Below are positions 8,113 to 16,288 of a stretch of DNA of 24,000 bases, in pieces. The translations under genes and the position numbers were made by a program. The DNA comes from Desulfurococcaceae archaeon AG1 (lineage in GTDB: Archaea; Thermoproteota; Thermoprotei_A; Sulfolobales; AG1): positions 4,513 through 28,512 of the forward strand of contig BEWT01000012.1 in NCBI GenBank assembly GCA_003116855.1, given 5' to 3'. Each line of letters starts with the position of its first letter. Position 1 is the first letter of the stretch. The notes below the pieces were generated by a model that was given only the letters and a program-made list of their open reading frames with translations, was not told where the DNA came from and made no database searches.

Positions 8113-9273
8113 CTAATACCTAGTAATCCTGGAGGGCTTTGTCAGAATCTCGGCTCCCTTGCTTGTTACTACCAACAATTCCTCGAGCCTGATACCAAAC
8201 CTTCCTGGTATATATACCCCGGGCTCTATCGTTACCACATACCCTTCTCTAAGCTCATCATTAGAAGATCTTGATAGGAGGGGTGGTTCGTGAACCTCGA
8301 CACCAACACCGTGTCCCAGCGCGTGTATAAAGTATCTACCATAGCCTTTCTTCTCAAGAACCTTTCTTGCCGCCTCATCAACCTCCGAGGCCTTGACTCC
8401 GGGGCTTACCTTCTCTATAGCTGTGTTGAGGGCTTCCTCAACAGCCTCTAGCGCTCTCAACTCCTCCGAACCCACACTGCTTCCTACAAGCATCCTCGTC
8501 ATATCGGATACATATCCTGTGTATACCGCCCCCATATCTATGACCACAACATCTCTCGACGAGATCCTCCTGTCCCCCGGCTCTGCGTGTGGGTAGGAGG
8601 CGTTCGGGCCTGAAGCCACTATTGTTGGGAATGCATATCCATCAGAGCCGTGTATTCTCAACGCTCTATCAAGCATCCCAGCCAGCTCCCTCTCGCTCAT
8701 ACCCTCTCTAACGCTCCCTGTAACTTCTGTGAATGCTTTTGACGCTATCTCGGCGGATCTCGATATAGCCTCGATCTCGCTTTTTGTCTTCAAAGCCCTG
8801 ATCCTTGAGAGATCTTCTGAGAGATCTACGCATCTACCCGAGAGGATCTCGAGGAGTCTTTTGCCTAAGTATGAGTAGTCACACCCAAAGGCTCCTTTAG
8901 CACCTAGCTCCTTTTTAATAATCTCTTCAACACCTCCCCTTATGAGGGGCATATCTTCTGGAGGCTCTACTGGGTATCTCTGATAAGCTATAACCTCTAT
9001 ATCCTTAACCCTAGAGGCATGATCCCTGATCCTCGTGTATTCGAGCACAGGCACATAGACCCTGGCTTTTCTATCACTGATAACAGTGATCGCTGAAACC
9101 CCTTTTCCCAAGAACCACCTATTCATAGACTCGCTCGCGATTAGAAGCCCTTTTAGAGAGAGCTCCTCAACTAATGCTGAGACTCTTGATAGCTTCTCCT
9201 CAAGGATCCTTACCGCAATCCCGCTTTCCATCGATATACACCTAGATATATCATGCGAGGGCTTATTTACCAA
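8113..9273 (-). CDS. Xaa-Pro aminopeptidase/dipeptidase, M24B family
   Basis: 386 aa. It has the pita-bread metal-ligand motifs (VVVIDMGAVYTGYVSDMTR, HALGHGVGVEVHEPP, VVTIEPGVY, IRLEE). TTG start at 9273; an alternative ATG lies at 9231. Confidence 0.85.
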   Translation of the reverse strand: MVNKPSHDISRCISMESGIAVRILEEKLSRVSALVEELSLKGLLIASESMNRWFLGKGVSAITVISDRKARVYVPVLEYTRIRDHASRVKDIEVIAYQRYPVEPPEDMPLIRGGVEEIIKKELGAKGAFGCDYSYLGKRLLEILSGRCVDLSEDLSRIRALKTKSEIEAISRSAEIASKAFTEVTGSVREGMSERELAGMLDRALRIHGSDGYAFPTIVASGPNASYPHAEPGDRRISSRDVVVIDMGAVYTGYVSDMTRMLVGSSVGSEELRALEAVEEALNTAIEKVSPGVKASEVDEAARKVLEKKGYGRYFIHALGHGVGVEVHEPPLLSRSSNDELREGYVVTIEPGVYIPGRFGIRLEELLVVTSKGAEILTKPSRITRY

Positions 9274-9304
9274 CCATGATAAGTTCTATAACATATGACA
9301 AGAA

Positions 9305-9694
9305 CTACTGCTGGAGGTTAAAAGGCTTACCGCTTCTAAGGATCTCCTCGGGGATCTTGTCTCTATATTTTTTAAGAAATTCTCTATCCTCTCCCTCGTT
9401 CCTATACATATCGGGAAGCATTCTCGGGATCTCGTCGATCACTGGGTACCATCTCCCACACTTCCTACAATAGATCACTGCCGTGGCTATCTCTATAGCT
9501 ATGCACTCCTCACACGGTGTCTCCACCTTCTCTTTCGAGAGGTCTTTTTTGAGATAGCTGCACCAGAGCTCGCATAAAGGCTTACTCCTACTCAGCTCTC
9601 TCCTCTGGTGCTTCTTCTCCTCAATAACTATCAACTCCAGGGGGAAGTTTTTACACATAGGGCATGCGAGTAGATCTACGAGCCTGTATTTCAC
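9305..9694 (-). CDS. Trm112-like zinc-ribbon protein with an internal Cys-rich insert
   Basis: 129 aa. N-terminal LLACPMCKxxPLEL and C-terminal YCRKCGRWYPVIDEIPRMLP are the two halves of the Trm112 zinc knuckle. An insert of about 45 aa carries CELWC and CEEC. Its GTG start overlaps the upstream mutase stop (GTGA). Confidence 0.6.
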   Translation of the reverse strand: MKYRLVDLLACPMCKNFPLELIVIEEKKHQRRELSRSKPLCELWCSYLKKDLSKEKVETPCEECIAIEIATAVIYCRKCGRWYPVIDEIPRMLPDMYRNEGEDREFLKKYRDKIPEEILRSGKPFNLQQ

Positions 9695-11055
9695 CCAACA
9701 ACACCTCTTATTACTGAGAGAAGCTCGTTAAGTATCCTATCACCCTCATCCCTACTAACAGCCTCCAGCATGATCCTCACCACAGGCTCTGTACCAGAGG
9801 GTCTTACGAGGAACCAGCCCGTCTTGAGGTTAACCCTAACGCCATCTATATTTATGGTATCACCACCCCTATACGCCTCCCTAACAGCCTCAACAACCTT
9901 GAGAGCCTTATCCCTATCCATCGGGATCTTGGTCTTGACTATATAGACCCTTGGGATTTGGGAAAAGAGCTGGGAAGCCTTCTCTCCTGAATAAGCCATA
10001 GCCTCAAGGAAGAGAGCAGACTTAGCCCCGCCATCCCTTATGGATAAGTGCTCGGGATACACGAAACCCCCGTTCTCCTCGAAAGCACACATAGCCCCAG
10101 ATCTCTTTATACCCTCGAAAAGCCTCTTTATACCAACAGCTGTGTATTCAACCTCAAAACCCCTCGACTTAAAGGCTCTTGCCACAAACTCCGAGGTCGA
10201 TACAGCTGTAACGATCCTCCTAGGCCTCTTCGACTTCCCACTCTCTGCGAGGTGTGTAGCTATTATAAAAGCACTCCTATCCCCCCAGTGGATCTCGCCA
10301 TCCTCCGATACAAAGATAGCCCTATCACCATCGCTATCATGCCCAACACCCAGATCCGCTCCCAACGCCCTCACAACCCTTGAGAGATCTCCAAGAGTAT
10401 CCGGGGTAGGCTCATATGGTCTTGAGGGCTGTGGCGAGGGGTTAGCGTTTATAGTGATAACCTTAACCCCAAGTCTCCTCATAATCTCAGGCGATGTGTG
10501 GGTTGTCACACTATTAGCAGGATCGATCACTACCTTATACCCCTTCGAGGCTATTTTATCCCTATCCACGAGGGAAACGATCCTAGATATATAGAGGTCA
10601 AGAACTCCTTCAAGCTTTCTCACACCATGCCAAACCTCAGTATAGCTAGCCCTCCTGAACTTTGACTCGAAATACAGGGCCTCAACCTCCTCCTCAACAC
10701 TATCGCTAACCTCAACACCATCAGGCCCCACTAGCTTTAATCCAACATACTCAGGGGGGTTATGGCTTGCTGTGAACATAACCCCGCCATCAAAGCCCAG
10801 CTCCCTCACAGCCAGCTGGAGCGCGGGTGTAGGGACCTTCCCGGCATCGTAAACCTTAACCCCAGAGCTTATAAGACCCGAGACCCCTGCATGGAGTATT
10901 GCTTCCGTGCCACCGCGATAGTCAGAGGCGACAAGGATCCTGGAGCCGGGGGCGAAGTAGCTCCCTATAGCCATACAAAGCCTGGCTGCCTCGACAACGT
11001 CTAGCGTTTTGTTGAAAATACCTCTAACACCGTCTGTCCCAAATAGCCTGGGCAT
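9691..11055 (-). CDS. Phosphohexomutase (phosphoglucosamine mutase / phosphomannomutase-phosphoglucomutase family)
   Basis: Motifs: LFGTDGVRG, active-site TASHNPPEYVGLK, Mg site GVGHDSDGDR, sugar loop FEENGG, phosphate loop RPSGTEP. I prefer the start at ATG 11055 (MPRLFGTDGVRG) over the track's extended start at 11154. Confidence 0.9.
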   Translation of the reverse strand: MPRLFGTDGVRGIFNKTLDVVEAARLCMAIGSYFAPGSRILVASDYRGGTEAILHAGVSGLISSGVKVYDAGKVPTPALQLAVRELGFDGGVMFTASHNPPEYVGLKLVGPDGVEVSDSVEEEVEALYFESKFRRASYTEVWHGVRKLEGVLDLYISRIVSLVDRDKIASKGYKVVIDPANSVTTHTSPEIMRRLGVKVITINANPSPQPSRPYEPTPDTLGDLSRVVRALGADLGVGHDSDGDRAIFVSEDGEIHWGDRSAFIIATHLAESGKSKRPRRIVTAVSTSEFVARAFKSRGFEVEYTAVGIKRLFEGIKRSGAMCAFEENGGFVYPEHLSIRDGGAKSALFLEAMAYSGEKASQLFSQIPRVYIVKTKIPMDRDKALKVVEAVREAYRGGDTINIDGVRVNLKTGWFLVRPSGTEPVVRIMLEAVSRDEGDRILNELLSVIRGVVG

Positions 11056-11104
11056 GGTTATCCAAACAATATCTCCCACGGGTGTTATATATTGGGTTTG
11101 GTGG

Positions 11105-12202
11105 ATGGCTGGGATCGTTTGGTTCGATGCACTAACATCTAAGCAGATACTCATAGCACTATCCCTTAAACGCTTCCTCCAGCCCCATGGATACGACGTC
11201 CTGGTAACGGGGAGGAGATACGACGCTATAGAAGGGATTGTAAGAGCCCTTGGAGTAGAGGTTCCACTCGTAGGAGGCTATGGCGGGGATGCCTATGAAA
11301 AGCTTAGGGAGGAGGTTTCGAGGATGGGGCTTCTCTTGGAAATACTCTCAAAGAGGGTTAGCGACCTTATAGCCGGGATCTCTTACCCAAACCCTGTGGA
11401 GGCTAGGATAGTCTATGGGTTGGGGAAACCCCTGGCAATTCTATCCGATACTCCTCACTCTATCCATGCCCACAGACTCACAGTACCCCTGGCATCCTTT
11501 CTAATCCATAGCTGGTGTATAGATAGTGCTGAGTGGAAGCAATACCTATTACCCCACACAAGGCTTTATAGCTACCGCGGTGTTGACGAGCTCAGCTGGA
11601 TCCTATATCTAGAGGAGATCCAGGATCAGAGGCACATAAGATCCCTAGGCCTTTCTGAAAGAGAGTATGTTGTTATAAGGCCTGAAGAGACCAAGGCCTC
11701 TTACTACGTATGGGGGGATAAATGGGATCTGTGGATAAGGATCTCTGAGGATCTCATTAAGAGGGGGTATAAGGTCGTGATCCTACCTAGATATGGGGAT
11801 CAGAGGGCATATATGGAGGAGAGGCTTAGAAACCATATAGAGAGGGAGAGGGTAGTAATACCACCTGTTGAGAAAGCCATAGGCCCAGCCCTAGCCAAAC
11901 ACGCCTTAGCAGTCATAACAGGGGGAGGGACTATTGCTAGAGAAGCAGCACTCTACGGAGTCCCGGGAGTAACCCTCTTCCCCCTAGAGCTCTCGGTAGA
12001 TAGATGCCTCTCATCCCTGGGCCTCCCTATAAAGAGAGCATCAAGTATAGAAGAGATCATGGGTATTATAGATAATGCCGGGAGCAATATAGAGCTATTT
12101 ACCGCCAAGGCCAGAGAGATCATAGCTAGTATGGAGCCTCCTCAAAAAACCCTGCTAGAGATCCTCAGGGAGGTTGAGAACCATGGAGGGGGAGGGTACT
12201 AG
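11105..12202 (+). CDS. DUF354 family protein (predicted GT-B/epimerase-like fold)
   Basis: The N-terminus MAGIVWFDALTSKQILIALSLKRFLQPHGYDVLVTGRRYD fits the DUF354 pattern (MKIWIDIxxxxHVxFF...GHEVxIT). The C-terminal half has GGGTIAREAALYGVPGV. I prefer the start at ATG 11105; the track's 11009 start would overlap the divergent mutase gene. Confidence 0.6.
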   Translation: MAGIVWFDALTSKQILIALSLKRFLQPHGYDVLVTGRRYDAIEGIVRALGVEVPLVGGYGGDAYEKLREEVSRMGLLLEILSKRVSDLIAGISYPNPVEARIVYGLGKPLAILSDTPHSIHAHRLTVPLASFLIHSWCIDSAEWKQYLLPHTRLYSYRGVDELSWILYLEEIQDQRHIRSLGLSEREYVVIRPEETKASYYVWGDKWDLWIRISEDLIKRGYKVVILPRYGDQRAYMEERLRNHIERERVVIPPVEKAIGPALAKHALAVITGGGTIAREAALYGVPGVTLFPLELSVDRCLSSLGLPIKRASSIEEIMGIIDNAGSNIELFTAKAREIIASMEPPQKTLLEILREVENHGGGGY

Positions 12203-13559
12203 AATCCCTGGAAGCTCTTTAGAAAACCCGATCTTCGTTGTCGAGAGGATCGTGTGGCTTATCGAGAGCGGGCAGAGCGTGGAGGAGACAGAGATCAGAA
12301 GGGCTGGCGAGCTCCTAGGAACACCTGTTAAGAGGGTTGAGGCTCTGAGGGCTAGATATTCAGATGTGTTCTCAAGGTTTATTGAGAAGAGATGCTCAGA
12401 AACAGGCTCTGAGTATAGGGTTTGCATATACTCGTGGAATAGGAAGAGGGCTTTCAAAGCCTTCCCAGCCTCTCTATACGCTACAGGCACGATCATAATG
12501 TTCAGGGGAGACGAACCGCTAGAGGTTATGTGTAACCCTCTGCCAAAGGCTCTCGACTACCCGGTTGCTGCGGAACATATACCGGGCTCTACGATCCCTT
12601 ACTATGTATCTGAAAGGATCGATGGGTGGCAGGTTAACGCCTATTACGATAAGATCCTCGGGAGATGGATCTTCTCGACCAAGTATGTGCTCCACAACAT
12701 GTACTTCTCACGAGGCGTTCTAAACATAGATAGGTATGGCGAGATAAGCAACCCAATAGTATCTCTAGCCGATGAGATAGCATCTAGAGAGAACCTCTAT
12801 GCAAGGCTAGGAGGTCTGGAGGGATGGTCCTTCATATTTGTATTGCTAGGACCGGAGCCTGCTATAACCTCTCCACCATACCCAATAGCACCAGATCCTA
12901 AGGAGTATAAGCTCTACCTAGTAGCAGCTAGGAGGAGCGATGGGGTCCTAGTAACAGGGACCGAGGCTGGGGAGAGGATAGGATGGAGCCTAACCCCTCC
13001 CGAGAGGATCGCTAAAACCCTAGAAGATCTATACAGCGAGATCAGGGGCTCGATAGCAACAAGATCCCTGATAGCATGGCTAAAAAACGATAGAGGAGAT
13101 CCAGTTATACTTGAGATCCCCTCGCAATACTACTACGATGCAATGATGGTGAAGCACCTTAGAGATGCGAAATCAGCCTCCATACTATGCTCCGAGGATC
13201 TATGTGAAGAGATATCCAAACTAGTCCCCGAGGATCTGGGGGAGAGGGTTAAAGCTATCGGCAGGATCTATAGAGATCTTGTAGAAGCCCTAGAGCACGG
13301 GCTCCTCGACGAGAAAGCCTTCTCCGCGATAGCCGACACGATCAATGAGATCAGGGGTGAGAGAGTGATCACGGTTAGAGAGATCCTTGATGAGGCGTTA
13401 TCCAGAAACTATAGAAGGCTGGCTAGAAAGATACTAGCCCTAGCCCTTGAGGATAAATCCCTGGCTTCTAGCGAGGTTATGGATATCATTGCAAGGATAG
13501 GATCTATAGCTATGCCCAGCACTACTAGTGATAGATCTCTAAAGTCTGTTGAAGGATAG
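12183..13559 (+). CDS. Uncharacterised protein, possibly an Rnl3/Pab1020-like RNA-ligase fold with substituted catalytic residues
   Basis: 458 aa from ATG 12183 (TTG 12174 is also possible). Normal codon usage. It overlaps the DUF354 stop by 20 nt. The segment GTIIMFRGDEPLEVMCNPLPKAL...YYVSERIDGWQVNAYYD...FVLLGPEPAITSPPYP...IAWLK follows the motif order of archaeal RNA ligases as I recall it, followed by a helical C-terminal domain. The function call is tentative. Confidence 0.5.
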   Translation: MEGEGTRIPGSSLENPIFVVERIVWLIESGQSVEETEIRRAGELLGTPVKRVEALRARYSDVFSRFIEKRCSETGSEYRVCIYSWNRKRAFKAFPASLYATGTIIMFRGDEPLEVMCNPLPKALDYPVAAEHIPGSTIPYYVSERIDGWQVNAYYDKILGRWIFSTKYVLHNMYFSRGVLNIDRYGEISNPIVSLADEIASRENLYARLGGLEGWSFIFVLLGPEPAITSPPYPIAPDPKEYKLYLVAARRSDGVLVTGTEAGERIGWSLTPPERIAKTLEDLYSEIRGSIATRSLIAWLKNDRGDPVILEIPSQYYYDAMMVKHLRDAKSASILCSEDLCEEISKLVPEDLGERVKAIGRIYRDLVEALEHGLLDEKAFSAIADTINEIRGERVITVREILDEALSRNYRRLARKILALALEDKSLASSEVMDIIARIGSIAMPSTTSDRSLKSVEG

Positions 13560-15140
13560 CCTTACTAGCCAGTATATGGATCTCAGCAGCCCCACTATAT
13601 TATCAAGATCTATCTTTGAGAATGTATGGGCTATAGATCCCTTGGTCTCCTTCAACCCTCTAAAGATCCACTCAATATTACTAAAGATCCTGTCTATCAT
13701 GTGAGCCACAATGCTCCTCACAAGCCTGTTCTTTATCCCACCGGTTAGGTTTGGTATCAGCTTCCTGGTTATCTCCAGATTATATCTCCACGATATGTAT
13801 AAGAGATCCCAGTAGTTCCTTGGAAGCCTCTCCATTACCGGGAATGGGTTATCCTTGATCCTCGATGTCCCCATAGGTATCACGGGTAAGGGGAAGATCC
13901 AGGCTATATATCCATGATCAATTATTCTCTGCACAAGCTCAATACTATCATCCACATCCTCCTCAGTCTCTTCGGGATAGCCTATTGTCATGGTGTAGCA
14001 TGGGTATATGTAGTTATCATTCATTATAGCTGTAGCATCTATTATTATATCCCACCAATCCTCAGGCCTCCACGGGAAAGCCTTAGCCCTCATATATCTA
14101 TACAGGATCTTCAGGCTCCCACTCTCAAGCCCCACAACAGGTGCTACAGCCCTCCTCTCATCATACCTACCAATCTCCGCCATAGCCTTGACAGTCTTTG
14201 GAGACTCTCTAACAGCAGGTGCTGAGATGTGGGGGAACCAGAGCCCGTCAACACCCATTGCCATGATCTCTGTGTATAGCCTTACTATAGCATCGTGATT
14301 AACCCTCAGCTTCTGGGATCCGTAGAGGAGGATATCGTCTGTTATTGCCTCAACCCTCTCGATACCAGCCCTCATGTTGACCCTAACCTCCTCCTTTATG
14401 ATCTCTAGTGGCATGGATCTGAAGGTCTCGGGGGTTATTGAGCAGAACCAACAGCCTCTCGGGCACCCCCTGGTGATCTGGACCTCGCCAAGCCTTGCCG
14501 GGTTCACTATAGCTGGTATCTCTTCAACAGCCGGATCTCTACCCTTAACTATTGGAGGCACTTCTTCACCAACGATTAGTTTTTTCACCACAGCTGGTAG
14601 ATCTCTCTCAGCCTCTCCTATGAAGATCACATCTGCATAGCTAGGTCTACTGTTAACCAGCTCCCAGGCGCCCGGGCCTCCAATGATAACCCTGAAGCTG
14701 TATCTCTTCTTGAGATGCTCGATCTCCTTGCTAAGCTCTCTGAAAAACCTTGCCGTCCATGTCTCGCCGCCTCCAAAGATCATTGATAGCTTGAAGCTAA
14801 CAGGGTCTAAACCCAAGGGGTCGTGGACAGAGATCCCGATCACTCTGGCTCCTCGCTTCACAGCATCCCTAAGCCTCTCAGGAGGTACTACCCATGTGCT
14901 AAACCCATGCTTTATTAAGAGAGCCTCGAGCTTTCTGAGCGCGTAGGGAGCTATCAAGGCCCTTCCAAGCCTATCCGCCTTAATCCTTGGTGTGAAGAAC
15001 CTATCCATAAATATCCTTGGTACAAGCCTAGCAGGCATGCATGCAACATATCCCAGGACACTGGAGCCCCCGTAATCGGTGAAAGAACCCCTATCGGCTG
15101 TCAATACCACCTCAGGCCCGTTAGATAGGGCCTGGGCCAT
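13539..15140 (-). CDS. Radical SAM enzyme with an N-terminal B12-binding-like (Rossmann) domain
   Basis: 533 aa. The CxxxCxxC cluster motif GCPRGCWFCS lies at codons 226-233 (14442..14465). The N-terminal alpha/beta domain has RVIGISVHDP and RVIIGGPGAWEL. The 3' end overlaps the convergent 12183..13559 gene by 21 nt. Confidence 0.85.
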   Translation of the reverse strand: MAQALSNGPEVVLTADRGSFTDYGGSSVLGYVACMPARLVPRIFMDRFFTPRIKADRLGRALIAPYALRKLEALLIKHGFSTWVVPPERLRDAVKRGARVIGISVHDPLGLDPVSFKLSMIFGGGETWTARFFRELSKEIEHLKKRYSFRVIIGGPGAWELVNSRPSYADVIFIGEAERDLPAVVKKLIVGEEVPPIVKGRDPAVEEIPAIVNPARLGEVQITRGCPRGCWFCSITPETFRSMPLEIIKEEVRVNMRAGIERVEAITDDILLYGSQKLRVNHDAIVRLYTEIMAMGVDGLWFPHISAPAVRESPKTVKAMAEIGRYDERRAVAPVVGLESGSLKILYRYMRAKAFPWRPEDWWDIIIDATAIMNDNYIYPCYTMTIGYPEETEEDVDDSIELVQRIIDHGYIAWIFPLPVIPMGTSRIKDNPFPVMERLPRNYWDLLYISWRYNLEITRKLIPNLTGGIKNRLVRSIVAHMIDRIFSNIEWIFRGLKETKGSIAHTFSKIDLDNIVGLLRSIYWLVRLSFNRL

Positions 15141-15174
15141 AGTACTCCAGATATATTATGCTGAAAAACTAATA

Positions 15175-15396
15175 TCATTCTACATCAAACATAGAACAAT
15201 GACAACCCAAATTGCAAAAACCCGCAAACAACCACAAGCCTATTCTAAACGTAACAGAAATCCTCCCTAATAATTCAGACCTCCAAATTAGCCAGTTCTC
15301 GCTCCATAATGTAATGAAAAAGATATGATTTGATCTGTTGAGCTTAGCATAGAGACAATAGTTCTTACCAGTATACCCGCTCATGTTAGGAAACAC
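15175..15396 (-). CDS. Hypothetical 73-codon ORF filling the spacer between the kinase-like and radical SAM genes (doubtful)
   Basis: It is the only ORF in a 276-nt gap and is co-oriented with its neighbours. However, its codon usage is atypical (TTT/TGT/AAT/TTG-rich, low GC) and an internal GCGGGTTTTTGC run is present. Confidence 0.15.
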   Translation of the reverse strand: MFPNMSGYTGKNYCLYAKLNRSNHIFFITLWSENWLIWRSELLGRISVTFRIGLWLFAGFCNLGCHCSMFDVE

Positions 15397-15416
15397 TGAA
15401 GATCAGTTGTGGTTTG

Positions 15417-16118
15417 CTAGAATGATATGATCCCTGTGTATGAGAGTGCTAGAAGTAGGACGAATGTTGATAAGGTGATCAGTATGTTATCGTCTATCGG
15501 GTTCTTCTCGTAATGCTCGATTATCGATGCTAGGGCTGCTATGAATACTCCTGGGAATCCTATGTAGTAGTAGGCTAGAGGTGCGCAGACAAGGAACATG
15601 GCTAGATTACCCCACCATGATTTAGTTCTCTTCTTAAACATAGCGTTCCTCACAATACCTGTGGCAGCGTCTCCGAACGACATGAAGAGTATCGGTATCA
15701 AGCCATAGAGCGGTGTTGCCATGAATATCCATGAGGCTGTTAGCACCGCACCCCAGGCGATGCAGAAGTTAACCTCGTACATGTTATCCTTAACCTGGTA
15801 CCAGTGCATAAGCTTTCCAGTCCTATGGGGTATCCAGTTTATAAGGGCGAGGATCAGGGCTAGGATCAGTGGTATTGTGGGCGATGTGAAAAGCACAGGG
15901 ACTAGGAGGGCTACAACCCCGCCGGCGAGGATATGTATCACCTTTCTATTAAAATAAACAGCAACATTGTGGGGAAAACCCCTGTTAATAAAAATCCCAT
16001 AGAGATACTTGGTCCCGAGAACAACCAAAAGGACGTAGAGAAACAGGATAAAGGCGTAGAGAGCCTCGGATAAGGGGTTTAGCGGTATAATATATTCTAG
16101 ATATAGACCCAGGTTCAA
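15417..16118 (-). CDS. Polytopic membrane protein, polyprenol (dolichol/phytol) kinase-like, CTP-transferase-1 superfamily
   Basis: 233 aa with about 6-7 hydrophobic helices. NRKVIHILAGG and FGDAATGIVRNAMFKKRTKSWWGNLAMF resemble the GDxxAxxVGxxxGxxK...KSxEGSxA motif of dolichol/phytol kinases. TTG start preceded by AGGTGGG (SD-like). Confidence 0.5.
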   Translation of the reverse strand: MNLGLYLEYIIPLNPLSEALYAFILFLYVLLVVLGTKYLYGIFINRGFPHNVAVYFNRKVIHILAGGVVALLVPVLFTSPTIPLILALILALINWIPHRTGKLMHWYQVKDNMYEVNFCIAWGAVLTASWIFMATPLYGLIPILFMSFGDAATGIVRNAMFKKRTKSWWGNLAMFLVCAPLAYYYIGFPGVFIAALASIIEHYEKNPIDDNILITLSTFVLLLALSYTGIISF

Positions 16119-16255
16119 GTTCCCACCTACGAGTCTAAGGAATCAGTGTTTCTGAAATTAATATATTTTTCAATGATCTAGACTATCGTTTCAAGCATAT
16201 TAGATGTAGATGATGCTGAGAATCCGAAGGTTCTCCGCCAACTAGGAGAATATGC

Positions 16256-16275
16256 TGTGGCTTATCAAAGCCACA
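16256..16275 (-). terminator. Perfect 8-bp stem / 4-nt loop hairpin just downstream of carS
   Basis: TGTGGCTT-ATCA-AAGCCACA, 14 nt after the carS stop (16289..16291) on the minus strand. It could mark a 3'-end or stability element. Confidence 0.3.
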
Positions 16276-16288
16276 CAGTCCAGGGTCT

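Noticed and set aside
11009-11154. Track-extended N-termini of the DUF354 gene (from 11009) and the phosphohexomutase gene (to 11154), which would make the two divergent genes overlap by 146 nt
   Set aside because: Both extensions translate to non-conserved sequence. Family-typical N-termini begin at ATG 11105 (MAGIVWFD...) and ATG 11055 (MPRLFGTDGVRG). That leaves a 49-nt divergent promoter gap containing a TATATA element.
16206-16220. GATGATGCTGAG, a C-box-like (AUGAUGC) sequence next to CUGA that suggests a C/D-box sRNA
   Set aside because: The C-like and D-like boxes abut with no guide region, and there is no second CTGA/TGATGA pair within 40-70 nt on either strand. No other spacer showed a credible C/D'/C'/D arrangement either.
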